Assembly (NCBI RefSeq): GCF_018977255.1
Contig: NW_024704743.1
Coordinates: 62,808,001 to 62,872,000, forward strand
Origin: Callorhinchus milii
Lineage: Eukaryota
Direction of reading: 5' to 3'
DNA length: 64,000 bases
In this document: positions 38,804 to 50,967 of the stretch, in pieces
Numbering within the stretch: the first letter of the stretch is position 1
How the letters are laid out: each line of letters starts with the position of its first letter
Program-made: the position numbers and the translations under genes
Notes under the pieces: model-generated
Seen by the model: the letters and a program-made list of their open reading frames with translations, nothing else
What the model was told of the DNA's origin: nothing
Databases searched by the model: none

Positions 38804-41800
38804 CTAGATGCAAAGGAATTATATGCTTGCTTTCCAGCTGGGAAACAGCAGTCAACCACTATACACAATTATAATTCCTATAATCAGAGCTTACAGCATC
38901 TTTCATCTACTAGTCAATGCATCTACAATTCCTAATGGCAATTTCTTAACAGTGATCCCTCTGCCCCCTTTGTCTACAGATAGTTTGCTGACTGTTTAAA
39001 TATTTACCAATATCAAAATCTCTTTAAATGGTGTGAGATCCGTGCCATTTAATCCATTCAGTATTATTAGTGTTTTTTCTGTAGTAATTGTTTTAGTCCA
39101 AATCATTTAATACACATTTGCCAAGCGGGGTGGAGTGTTTGGAGTATCAAAGTAGCACTATGCTGTGCTGGAACGCAATCTGATCAACTTGACCGATTTC
39201 CTTATCTGAACTGTTTACCTAGAGCTACCAACTCGAGGTTCCTTGCCCCAAAATGGCTTATGTAAAGCCCAGAGAAGAAAGGATAGATTGTGTACTCTCA
39301 AGGAAAATATATAACATAAATAGACAACTGCTTAGAATTAAATATTTATTTGCTCCTGATAAAATTTTGGATTTTCTTTTAAAAAGTTAGTTTAAATAAA
39401 CTCTAATACTCTCCCCAGATTCAAAGTGTTGTATTACATTGTCAACTCCAACTTAGAAGGAACAGTGCACCTATTTACTCCCTACAGTTGCTCTAATGTA
39501 GTATGATTCAGGAAGAGAGGGTCACACTTGGGAGTCCCTCTCAGCTGTGCCATTGTGTAGAGTCTGGGCACAGTGTTAGAGGCAGAGACCCAGGCTCCCT
39601 GGGCTTTCCTCACATGCACAATGGAGGAAAAATACTGCCAGAAACACTTGAGAGGTAAATTTCAATATTTAAGTTGTCACACATGCTGCAAAATTAGTTC
39701 AAAAGCACAATTCTTGCACAGCCCGGACCTAGCATTTTAAATACGCACATCCAGCCTTTCAAACAGCTATTATCCCACCCCATCACATTGACATTTCCTG
39801 TTGCATGCTCAGCCCAGTTTGTTCAATACAAAACCACCGATTACTGGCAGAAGTTTGAAATCACAGAAGGAAAACAGTTGGAAATATTTCCTGAGTGTTT
39901 TATGGCAGGTGCAACTTTTAAGATGGATCGAAATTGGAATCTTTCAAAATTAATTACAAATAAATTGCAACCCAAACTAAATGAAGACAAGTTAATCCCG
40001 ACTGAAACTGCACTTTATTGTTTTGCTGTCTTGATACAGCAAAAACTGAATATTGAATCCAGCAATATAGCCATGTGGAACAAGGAGCCTCACTTTTACA
40101 CCCACTCACTGTATCTCATCAAGACTGAAAAACTAACACCCAATTTTGGAATTCTGCACACATTCACTGAAATAGTTTTTTTGATCAATTGGTTAAAAAC
40201 ATTAAACTAGTTAAGGTTCTATAAATGCAGAACTGGTTCTTGTAGCCTTGTCGATGACTAGGGAAGAAGATTATTGACCACTTCACTGTATGTGTAGGCT
40301 GAGCCCAAATATAGCACTGCAACAGGAGGCTATGTTCTGTTTATCTTTTTCTGGCCACCAGAACCTGTTTAGGTTCCTGGCAGCAGCAGAGTAACCTCAT
40401 TTCTATTGTTGCTTTGTCACAATATCATTGAAACAAGCCAGCTTTGGGAACAAAGCTCCACACCAACATGCTGCTTGACCGAGTAGAGCAATCTTATCAA
40501 TGGGGTCCAAGAAAATTTGATGCACAAATCGCACGAATATTAAGACTTTTCACATGTTGCTGGCTTTCAGAAATCAAAATGAAGCATTCTTCAAAATCCC
40601 AAATTTAACAACTTTAGAAAATTGAACCTGCCACTTAGCGCTTTCAGTTCCACTGCAAAGATTGTAAGTGGATGGAGGGCACAAGACAAAGAATTTTGGT
40701 AAGTATTCCAGAGACCAGAAGCAAAGTGACTGAAGGCTCACCAGCTGATGGTGAGAGAGGGTTTGGGGTACATGGTTAGCAGACTGAGGCAGTAGGTAGG
40801 AGAGCAAGATCACAGCAGATCAAAGAGGTAAGGTGGGGTAGGGCCATGCAGGCAACTGGAAGTTGGAACAAAGATCTTAAAATCTATCCACTGGGGAATA
40901 CGGAGCCTGTCGAGGATGAAGTTGATGGGCTTGCAGAGTAAGTATGAAAAACGGTACAGCATAAATACACATTTTCTAATGTTATTTCTAGCAGTTTACC
41001 CAATCAAACAAAAAAAGTTTTACCACTATTTCCCTGCCCATCTTATAAACCTACAGATCTCAAGCCTGAAATTGCACACAGTAACAAAACCAAAGAAATT
41101 ACAAGTTACCCAGATGAATTTTAAATGACACTGGTATCATTCATGCCAATACTGTTAGATATCTAGAATTATACAGCCTATAAAATAATTACAATCAAGA
41201 CAAGTGGGTTATTACTAGGAGTACCGATTCCGATTCACTTTGTCTCAGCACCACTGGGGAACCTACATTCACAAGAATACGATTTTAACAAAATACCTTA
41301 ACAATGATTGTGAAGTCAAATCTCTGATGTATTCCTGACATTTACATAACTGTCCACATAACTGTCTGATAACAATATTGCCCACATATTACGGTGGGTA
41401 ATATTGTTGAAACGTAATGTATGAAACAATTCTTCCTACACAGACACAACTACAACATATGAATACAGGGGACCAAAAAAAACAATATGGTCCCCCTGTG
41501 AGGTTCATCCAGTATAAATTGCAACAAAAAAGCAACCGTCTCATTCATGCCTCTGAATTGAACTTTTCATCAAATACCTATCAAATTCTCTCTTGAATTT
41601 GCTGACTCAATATCCCTCCACGACCACAGCGGGTACACACTATCGTCATAGCAACAGTTCCTAAGAGTCTTTTGTTCAGACAATCCAGGGAACCGCGACT
41701 GCTGCGAATCACCATCAAATAGTTTCTAGCAAAGTGCTGCTCCCCTTTATCAAACAGACAAGCAAACTGTTGCTTTGTATATTGGCTGCCGCCAAGAGGT

Positions 41801-42129
41801 CCCCACTGTTGGTCACCATATGCAAGACTCCACAATATAAATCACTATTTCAGTTAATTGCTTGCAGACGCATCCTTTGCCTCCTTCAGAACGTTCACAT
41901 AAACCAAATATTCAATTAAAAGCTTCATCTTTTCACAGATTTTAAAAAGCTTTACTACTATTTTAGATGAGAATGGCCACCGAGCTGTAGATTCTGACAG
42001 ATCAGTGACTGATGACTCTGCTAACTCCTAAATTTTATGATGACAATAGAGGCAGCGAGGGGTCATGTGAGTCTGTTTTTTTTGGGGGGATATAGTAGAG
42101 GCAGAGATAGAATTGGATATTATCCACAC

Positions 42130-42430
42130 AGACCAGGGGGAGCGTTCCCAATCCACAGCACCGACAATGCCCTTGTTAAAGTCACCAACTATATTCTCTC
42201 TATTTGTGACCAGGGCTCCCTTTGCTCTTTGTTCGAGATGTCTCTGTCTGCCACCTTTGACAACATCGACCATTCCATGCTTCTCCACCAGCCTTCCTCC
42301 TTTCTCTACCTCCACAGTTCTATCCTGGTTTAATTCTTACCTAACCCAGTATTTTCATTTAGTCTCTCTCACTGATGTCTTTCCTGCCCCCTACAGTGTC
42401 CTGTGGTGTTCCTCAGTGCTCTATCTTTAG
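42130..42430 (+). mobile_element. L2 RT-region fragment
   Basis: HSTDNALVKVTN..LSATFDNIDHSMLL, a degenerate form of L2 HSTETAL..DLSAAFDTVDH. Confidence 0.75.
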
Positions 42431-43246
42431 TCCTCCTTTTTACTATTCCGGGTAAAAATATTACTCCTAAGTTTCTCTTTCACTCTTCTTGAGGTTATCT
42501 TATAAACTATGTCCCCTACTTACTGACTCCCTTATCAATGGAAATAATTCTTTATTTGCTCATGATTTTATACACCTCAATCAAGGTCCGACTCAACCTT
42601 CTCTGCTCCAATGAAAACAGGCCCAGCCTATATAAATGAAGGTGCTATATAAATGTAATTGTTGTTATTGTTTTAGATTGCTAAATGTGGCTGGATCAAA
42701 TACTGGCTAAACAAATTCAGGATTAAGTTCCCAGATTAATCAAACAGTATTTTTTTAAATAGATTTAAAAAATATATTTTTAAAGGAGCTGTTTCATAAA
42801 GACAGCAATCACCAGTGGGAATGAAATAAAAGAGTTGCAGCTTCCGTGAGTGAGCCAAGGAGAATGAAAAGCAGCGCACATCAGTGTGTGTGTTGTGAGT
42901 AACCAGTTGTGCCTGGAAAAAAGATGCGGTGGTGTGCAGCACAGGGGTGTACTGCTGGCACAAGGTGCTACAGAATGAATTCCACATGTGTGCTTGTATT
43001 AAATTAGGTCATAAAAAACACTTCGTAGTATAATTGATCTTAAAGTCAAGCTTTCCAGAGTCAAATCCTTCTGTTCATCTAGGATGCTTTTTTGCATGCA
43101 AAAATCCCCATTGTGTTAGCTTGCACAAATGAAAACCACTACAATAATATCACAAACTCCTTCCCTTAAACTACAGCAACTATTAACAGAAGAATCAGCA
43201 ACCCCTCATTTCAGTAAAAAGGAGTAATTGGAAGATAAATACTTAC

Positions 43247-43297
43247 ATGAACCAGCTGAGAAAATTCAGTTACCAAATTGTTAAGCTCAATTAAGTT
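43247..43297 (-). CDS. STX17: Syntaxin-17 exon (start of SNARE motif)
   Basis: tttttcag|AAC TTA...GTT CAT|gtaagt; NLIELNNLVTEFSQLVH, similar to human DLIELSQLVTDFSLLVN; 51 bp. Confidence 0.95.
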
Positions 43298-43805
43298 CTG
43301 AAAAATAAATATGTAAATGAATATTACAAGCTACTCTAAAGGCCCCCGGGACAAACTGTTAAATACAAACCTCAAATCAGCTTGCATTAATCCTTTCCGT
43401 TAACCTACATTTTTTTTAATGAAAATGAAGGTAGCAAGATGTATACACTCTCGACATTTAACCACTTGTATCATTTTTGATGTATGTTTTTGAAAAGTGT
43501 CTGCATTTTAGACAATAAAAAATAATACAATAATAACATTAATAATAAAGTAATAGATTTAGCTAGTATTCTGATGATTATAACATTTTAGAATTACAGA
43601 ATAATTTTCATCAACGTGTGCGTATGTATCACTTGCCTTGTAGAATGAACGTCTCAAAGTGTTTTGTAAGGCAGTAGAAAAATATGGAAGAAAGAAGGGG
43701 GGAAACTTACGGGAGTTGACCATAAGCAGAGTCAATGATAGACAGTTTAAGAGTGTTTTGTAGGTGGAGAGAGAGGGTGCAGGTAAAGGTATGTAAATCA
43801 CTTGC

Positions 43806-43924
43806 CTCTTCCAACATCTCCCAAGACTCTGCAGCATCTTCTTGCTGAGGAATGACTGGCAGTGGCATGTGCATCTGGGCTAGGGGTAAGTCTGAGCTGG
43901 TTTCTTGGGAACGAATAAATGTGT
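43806..43924 (-). CDS. STX17: Syntaxin-17 linker exon, ending at a GC donor
   Basis: gttctag|AC ACA...GAA GAG|gcaagt; (D)TFIRSQETSSDLPLAQMHMPLPVIPQQEDAAESWEMLEE; 119 bp; phase 1 in, phase 0 out. Confidence 0.92.
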
Positions 43925-44369
43925 CTAGAACAAGAAAAGCCACTTACAGCAAGGATCATACAAGTTCCGGTCACAGCATTTCTCAGTCTTAATGTTTAGC
44001 ACAAGATCACATTGTCCTCTTTCTTGTTCTTCTGCAAATTATTTCATTCAAGTAGATTTGTCTCCAAGGTTTTGATTTTACAGCAGCAGACAAAGCCAGT
44101 TTGTGTACAAATATTGGTTGCTTTATAATTGATAAAACTGTCAGGTCTGGCAAAATAACAATACCACAGTGTTAATCTTAATGTAATCTAAATTATAAAT
44201 CTTCTTAAACTGGCAAACTCCCCACCCCCCCACCACACACACACACACACCAGCTAAAAGCAACATTTAGGCTCTTGTGAACTGAATCAGGTAGCGAGGA
44301 AGTAGCAGAATTACACTGTAGTCAAACAGTAGCCAGGAATCACACTGATATTGAACCTGAACTGAATCT

Positions 44370-44995
44370 AGGCCCTTGTTCCTCTCAACTCTCCTTTCTC
44401 CCCCAATTCCATGCCAAGACCTGCTCTGCCTTCCCCCGCCTCTGCAATATTGCTCGACTCCACCACTGCCTCACCCTTTAGGCCGTCAAAACCCTCATAC
44501 ATGCGTTCATTATATCCGGGCTCAACTATGCCAACACCCTGCTTGGCGGCCTCCCCAACTCTCCCCTCCACAAGCTGCAGATCATCCAGAATTCTGCAGC
44601 TCGTGTCCTCTCCCGCACCAGGCTCTGTGACTCCATCACCCCCACCCTCGCCCAACTCCACTGGCTCCCCATTCCCCAGAGGATAGAATTCAAAATCCTC
44701 ATCCTTACCTTCAAGGCCCACCCACCCCTCCTACCTCTCCAACCTGCTAACCCCTTATCAACTTGTCCACTCTGTCCGCTCAGCAGGCTTGGCCTGCTTC
44801 ACGTTCCCCACCTGGTCCCCCCATCATCGGTGGTCAGGCCTTCAGCCTCTCTGCCCCCACCCTCTGGAACTCCGTCCCACATACCTTTCGCCTCGCACAT
44901 TCCCTTGCCTCCTTCAAGGCACACCTCAAGACTTTCTTCTTCGACTGTGCCTTTGGGCACCCTCCTACCCGCACCCTCCCCACCCTCCACCCTAA
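44370..44995 (+). mobile_element. L2 ORF2 C-terminal fragment
   Basis: GGQAFSLSAPTLWNSVP..SFKAHLKTFFF; ctccactggctccccatt (LHWLP) motif. Confidence 0.85.
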
Positions 44996-45281
44996 CCAGC
45001 TGTCCTCCCAGGGTGAATTTAACAATGAGAGTGATCCTATCTGGATCAGCAGCAGGAAGCTTGCCAGGCATTGCTCTCAATGGCAGGCTAAGTATTTTTA
45101 GCTGGTTAAACTCCAATAGATACCCAAACAACATGGCTGACCATAAAAAAACACATATCTTGGGTCCTCAAGCTTTGGCTCTGTCCAACCTCTGGAAGCA
45201 GGGTGTGTTCATCCTGAGAGTGTGCACTCCATTCCAGACACAGGGAAAATTTCATGTGAAGGTAGTGTACATATGTGGGAT

Positions 45282-45591
45282 TAATAATAATAAGACTTGC
45301 ATTTGATACGCCTTCTAGACGTCTCAAAGATCTTCACAAAATATACTGTAAATATACTGAATTGACTGTACTTTTTTTTGTGGGCGAAACGCAGCAGCCA
45401 ATTGCGCACAGCAGTGTCCCACAAACAGTCATGGATTGAAGTGAACAATTTCTTATTGTTTTTTTTCTTGATGGATTACTATGAGAGGTGTGGAGTAAGG
45501 AAACTTGCCCAAGGTTTTACCCTGCCGGGAATCGAACCCGGGTCTCTCGCTAGCGAGGCGAGTCCTCTAACCACTGAGCTACAGCACTCCA
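45282..45591 (-). mobile_element. tRNA-derived SINE, short form
   Basis: Same head and tail as 13268-13583. Confidence 0.87.
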
Positions 45592-45877
45592 TGTAGCAAT
45601 TCCATCTGATTTGCACACTCTTAAGCATCGTGTTGGATTTCTGCAGGTGTCAAGACACTCAACTGAACCAAAAAAGCATTGATATTTTATTTGGGGAACT
45701 GTTGGCCAGGAATCCTTTCTCTTTTCGAAAACTGGCAAGGGATCTTTAACATCCACCTTAGTTTTAACATCTCATCTGAAAGACAACGCCTCCAACAATG
45801 CAGTGCAACACCAGCACTGCAATGGAGTGCCAGCTGAGACCGTGAGTTCAAAGCCTCAACATGCGGATTGAATTCAC

Positions 45878-45908
<31 letters not shown>

Positions 45909-46221
45909 AACTAAGCCAGGAAGTCAGCCTGTGGAAAAGATTGCTAGTTTTAATTGTCGGTGTATGTTAGCTATGGGAGCTATAACGAGTGTATATTATG
46001 AAATTCAGGTCAGTTTACACTGGAATTTCATGTGCGATGTATATATCATAGCACAGAAGTAAAAGGATACCATTCTATCTTTCTTGCCATATTATGAATG
46101 TACTGCACCAGGAGCTAAACCAGTGCTCAACATAAAGTAAACAATTACTCACAGCTCAAAGATGAAAGATAAAGCAGCTGTAAAAGAGGATAAGTTTCAT
46201 TTCACATAATTACAATCTTAC

Positions 46222-46453
46222 CGTCCAAGCTGTGGGACTGCAAGAGAGGAGATCCAGGTCCAGGTGGTTGGTCGCCCACATTACACTGGGGATTTGACAC
46301 TTCTTCAAACTCCGAATGGAGCTTCAGAAACTCTGTCACTGCTGCTGCTGCTTGCTCCTTTACGGGACTCACAATTCTCTCCAAAGCTTGTGAATCTTCC
46401 GCTCTTACTCGCAAGAACAACTTTTCCATCTCTTTCATGTTAGCTCGCAGTTG
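46222..46453 (-). CDS. STX17: Syntaxin-17 exon (Habc region)
   Basis: ttcctatag|CAA CTG CGA...GAC G|gtaaga; QLRANMKEMEKLFLRVRAEDSQALERIVSPVKEQAAAAVTEFLKLH...; 232 bp. Confidence 0.95.
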
Positions 46454-48384
46454 CTATAGGAAAAGGTGAAATGTCACACCCACAACACAATGTCTCCACA
46501 TTTCATTTTTTGGATAAATATTTGTGCCTATCGCTGCTGGGAAACAGAACTCATTTCCATTTTTAGAATCATAGAAATTACAGCATAGGAGGCCAATCGG
46601 CCCATCAAGTCTATGTTAGCTCCTCCACTCAAGAAGCAACATATACTAATGCCAATTCCCTGCTCTTTTTCAGTGATCTCTCATATGCAGTTTAGTTGTA
46701 AATCCAGTGTCAGAATTAAGAACCCCCACAATCTGTGTGAAAGTGTCTGCTCCACTTTTGTGAAGGATTTCTGGATTTCAAAACCCAAAGACAAAAGCTG
46801 TAGAGCTAGAAAATCTACAATAAAATGTTGTTTATCCACATCTGGATGTTGCACAAAGGCTAGGAGACACCGGGAAAAATATTGCTGTGTGCATGTGTGA
46901 AGTTGTTCATGAGGTTTTTAGAAGACTTTGAGCCTGCATATGCACAACGTTGTACACACACCAACAGGAATATTTTTGCCAGTAGTAAAGGCAAGTCCTT
47001 GTATTGTTCATTGTGTACAGCTTAGGGATAGGGATAATGTAGAGACAGTTGAAAGAGGAACCAAAAGTTAGAAAGATTCTCAGAGAGAGAGGCAGAAAGA
47101 AAGGAAGAAAGAGACACTCAAAGAAAAAGAGAGAAAACGAAAACGACATGAGTGAGAGAGAGAAACGGGTAAAGGAAGAGACACACAATGTGATACCACA
47201 GTGATAGTGTGACTTTAGACGGAATCATTTTTTAGTTGATCAGTCCCAATTAGTGCAGATAATCAGCTCTCTCTGTAACAAAATGCTAGGGCTGGGAGTG
47301 AATAATATCTATCGCTTTGGTCTCTGTATGCAGACTGTGTAATTGTGCAGAAACAAATGGCCCTCAAAGAGATTCATAAAGAACCAGGAAATCACAGAAG
47401 GTTAACAGAGCACGTGGGAAAAAACACAAGAGCAAAAATAGTCAGACCAATCGAAAGCCACGAGACAAAGTGAGGCAGCAGCTGAATGCATACAGTGGTT
47501 AATCTCACAGTTGGTAATAATGAATCTCTTTGGTCACAACAGGTATTCTGCCGCTCATCACTGCATAAGCTGAAACGTGATAATTAGTGTCTCTATTTAA
47601 TCAGCTTCACGTGGATGTGTTACTCTAAACCTCACAAAGTTAAGAAACATTGGATGCTGATAAATGAAGGCAATTATTTCAAATTTGAGTGTTTTTCTCG
47701 CTTACGTTTGTCACAAGGACATATAACTTCCTACTGGAGCAAATCTTACAATGTTACAAAATATATCCTTCGCCAAATGGCTCATGCGCAGGGCCAATAG
47801 AAAATTGCGGAAATATTTGCCCAAAATTCAGGGGAAATTTGACAAATTTGAGGAGAAATTGCGGGGTGTTGGTTGGTGCTATTCAGAAGTACATTTTACT
47901 GCCAACCTACATTTTTTCACTTTATTGATAAGAAATGAACATGAAAAAATAACACGTATTAGATTGTTGTAAGAAAAATGATAAGTACTCTTAACAAAAA
48001 CTGGGTGACCCACGGGGCTTGGGGTGTGGGGGATTAGTTCTGATTGAAGAACTCCAGGAGGTCACCACCTCATGCCTCCCGGCTCCGCCATTGCCCACAG
48101 ACCCAGAGATAGGTAACAATCAAACCAAACGATCGGGTGTACAAAATATCAACTTGAGAAATGATCAACTAGTGACTATCTTCCTTGGGAGGAGGTAAGC
48201 TGAACTGGATCCAAAGTGACATGTTTGGCAAAGGAATGTTAGATTTGAGCTCACCATCTATGGCAGTCTCAGTTGCCCAATTCCTGAGCCAGACAGGTCT
48301 GCAGTATTCCAGGGCACTGCCGATGACAGCCCAGCCAGCCGAGATCATCAAGAGAACTTGGAAGGGCAGACCAGTCACTGGGAG

Positions 48385-48640
48385 CAGACTCTTCCCATTC
48401 AGCTCCCGTTAATCCTGCAAGCTAAAGCCCTCACAATGAGGATGTCCTAGCTGGGTAAGCTCTCTCAATGGCAAGCTATGCATTTTTAACTGGTTAGACT
48501 CCAGCAGTACCCCAATCCACACTCTGAGGTACCCAAACCTAATATTCTCTTGTTAGGTAAACAGAATGAGCCCCTCCAGGGAGAGAGTGCACATAAATAT
48601 CTCGGAAATTTCCAATGTATAAATGGGATACATGGAACTT
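48385..48640 (+). repeat. Unclassified dispersed repeat; other copies at about 45000-45280 (+) and 29590-29690 plus 30100-30255 (-)
   Basis: Shared blocks cagctcc(c/t)gttaatcctgcaa, ctctcaatggca..ctggtta, ggtaaacag..ccctccagggagagagtg. Confidence 0.7.
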
Positions 48641-50967
48641 TCTGTTTGGTTTGGATTCTCTTAAGCATGTGATGGGCTTCCGCATGTGCTTGACCAGAAA
48701 AAAAATGAGAAATGATTGTACAATAGCCTTTAAATGAGTTATAGATGATACATATCACATTTGTCTTTTCTTTTTAATTTGCTTATTATTGTAATTCTCT
48801 TTAGTAAAGCTCTTTGAACTTCCTGAACTAGACCAGAATATTCATGATTTTAGCTATGCTTGTTGAATTTAATTTCCAGAAACAAAAGCAGATTTTATAT
48901 TTCTCAAGTTTGTTTATACATTCCAAACCTCAGACTAACACAATATCAAATACTAGCACTCACATCACTATCAGCATAAGAAAACCATGAAGTAAACAAA
49001 TGTATTTACTCCAGTTCCTCTCACAGTTGCGAATGTTTATTTTAGTTAAAGCAAGAGAGAACTTACTGCCATCTAAATGTTTGCAAATGAATGACCTCAT
49101 ACCTATGATTTCAAAGTTAAAAAGGTTGTCTGAATTACATCTAATAATCTCCTTGCAACATTAGTACAGAGTAGGTTACTGCAAGAGGTTTTGATAAGAC
49201 GTTTTTAGAAAAAAATGCATTTTTGTACCCATGTTTACCTATAAAAAATCACTACACTTGACAGTAATCATCCGTAGAGCACTTTGACATATTTCAATAG
49301 TATAGGCGACCTAACAAGTGCTAGAGATACAACTTATATTTTATACAATGTAGTGTCAGGAGGAAGTCTCAAAGCACTTTACATAGCTGGCTGGGCACCT
49401 GGGATGGGGGGTGGGGGGAGGTTGAGTTGAAGGAGGGGGAGAGGAGAAGATGACCGAGAGTGCAGTCAAAGGTCTTAAGGCGTTTTTTAAAAAGTGGGGA
49501 AGGAGGGGTGAGTTGCAGAGGCTCTGACATAGAGATCCAGAAAGTGAAGTGGAGTGGCTGAAGGCTTGTCACTAATGCTGAGGCAGCTCAAAGATTATTA
49601 TTACACACCTCAAGCACTTTACAATAAATTACTGTCCCGTAGAATGATTGTCTTTGTAGGTAAGCATTTTGCGCACTCCAAGTCCCATGAACATCCATGA
49701 GGTGAACAACCAATATATCAAGACAATTGTTGGCAGATTTTAATAAAAGGCTTCCACTGCTGTGCAATTCTCTTATTGTCTTGAGTTCTGTACTATACAG
49801 TGCTTTGATGAACATACCCATAAAACCATCTAACAAGTTAAAATCAAAATTTAGAACCTTCACAACAAAAGATACAACATCTAAACCTGTGTTGAATGCT
49901 ACAATTCCTCTCCACCAAAGCCTGTAAAATTACATTAAAAGAAGCTGCAGTTATCACAATGCTTTTTCCTAACAAGATTCCTCTCACCCTGATCTCTCTC
50001 AGCTGTAATGGATGGTTTATTCTTCAACTCTTTTCCCAGAAGAGTTCCAGAAATTAGGGATGTAGAATGTGAAGGCTTAGCCATTGATGGTAGCCAGAGA
50101 GGATGGAGGACATGCAGGAAGCCCGAGTTTGGAAAAGGTCAATGGTGGGGTGGGGGGGGACAGACAGAAGATTGGAGACAGGTGCTACACATGGAGGGAT
50201 TTATAGGTGAGGATCTTGAAACTGATCCATTGGGAGACTGGGAGTCAATAGAGTATGCCAAGCACTGGGATGAAGGGCATACACTGTGGGCATACACTGG
50301 TGTGGGTGAAGATAGGGGTGGCAGAGTTTTGGATGAGTTGTAGCTTATGAATGGTGGAGCTAGGGAGACCATTAGTCATCTATCTTGTTCCCTCTTGAAA
50401 GCTAATAAGTAGCACTGAGAGTCACCTAAAGATATACAGGGTTTATTTAAATCATGCATCTCTTTTAAGGTAATCATCTTGGTAATTTGATATCAACAAT
50501 TATTTTTGAAAATTATTTAATAAGGTAACAATACTATAGGTACAACTGGACAGCAAATCATGTGGTGATCAGGGTATTGTATCATAGAATTTAATAAAGG
50601 GAATATATATTTGCCTAGATTTGGATACACTGGAGATTTCTCTTTTTACAGTGTCAGTAATACTGAGAAATGTCTTCCTTCAATGGAAAACTGATGGGAA
50701 CAGATATTTTATAATTTTAACTGTACTATTTTAAATTTAAAAAATGAAACATGAAATCTAGTTACTTTTAGCTACTCATTTATATTTTATAGTACATAAC
50801 CAGTTTAGAATACAAGGGGCGGGAAAGGTTTTCATATCATGTACCCGTAACATAATTTGTAAATCAGGTCAAAGATGAATTTGAGGGAGTGTATCATCAA
50901 TGTGTCAGCAATTGTGAATCCGTCTTTCAGAAGGTAACAATGGAACAAGGTTCAAATTTATTCTTAG

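Noticed and set aside
39788..40210. 140-aa plus-strand ORF, and other long ORFs such as 26740-27114 and 30699-31082
   Set aside because: Intronic, with non-ATG or arbitrary starts, no recognisable domain and no splice support
44368..45306. Dense overlapping Pro/Ser-rich ORFs (also at 3775-4300, 56298-57004, 58736-59877)
   Set aside because: Explained by stop-poor, C-rich L2 fragments
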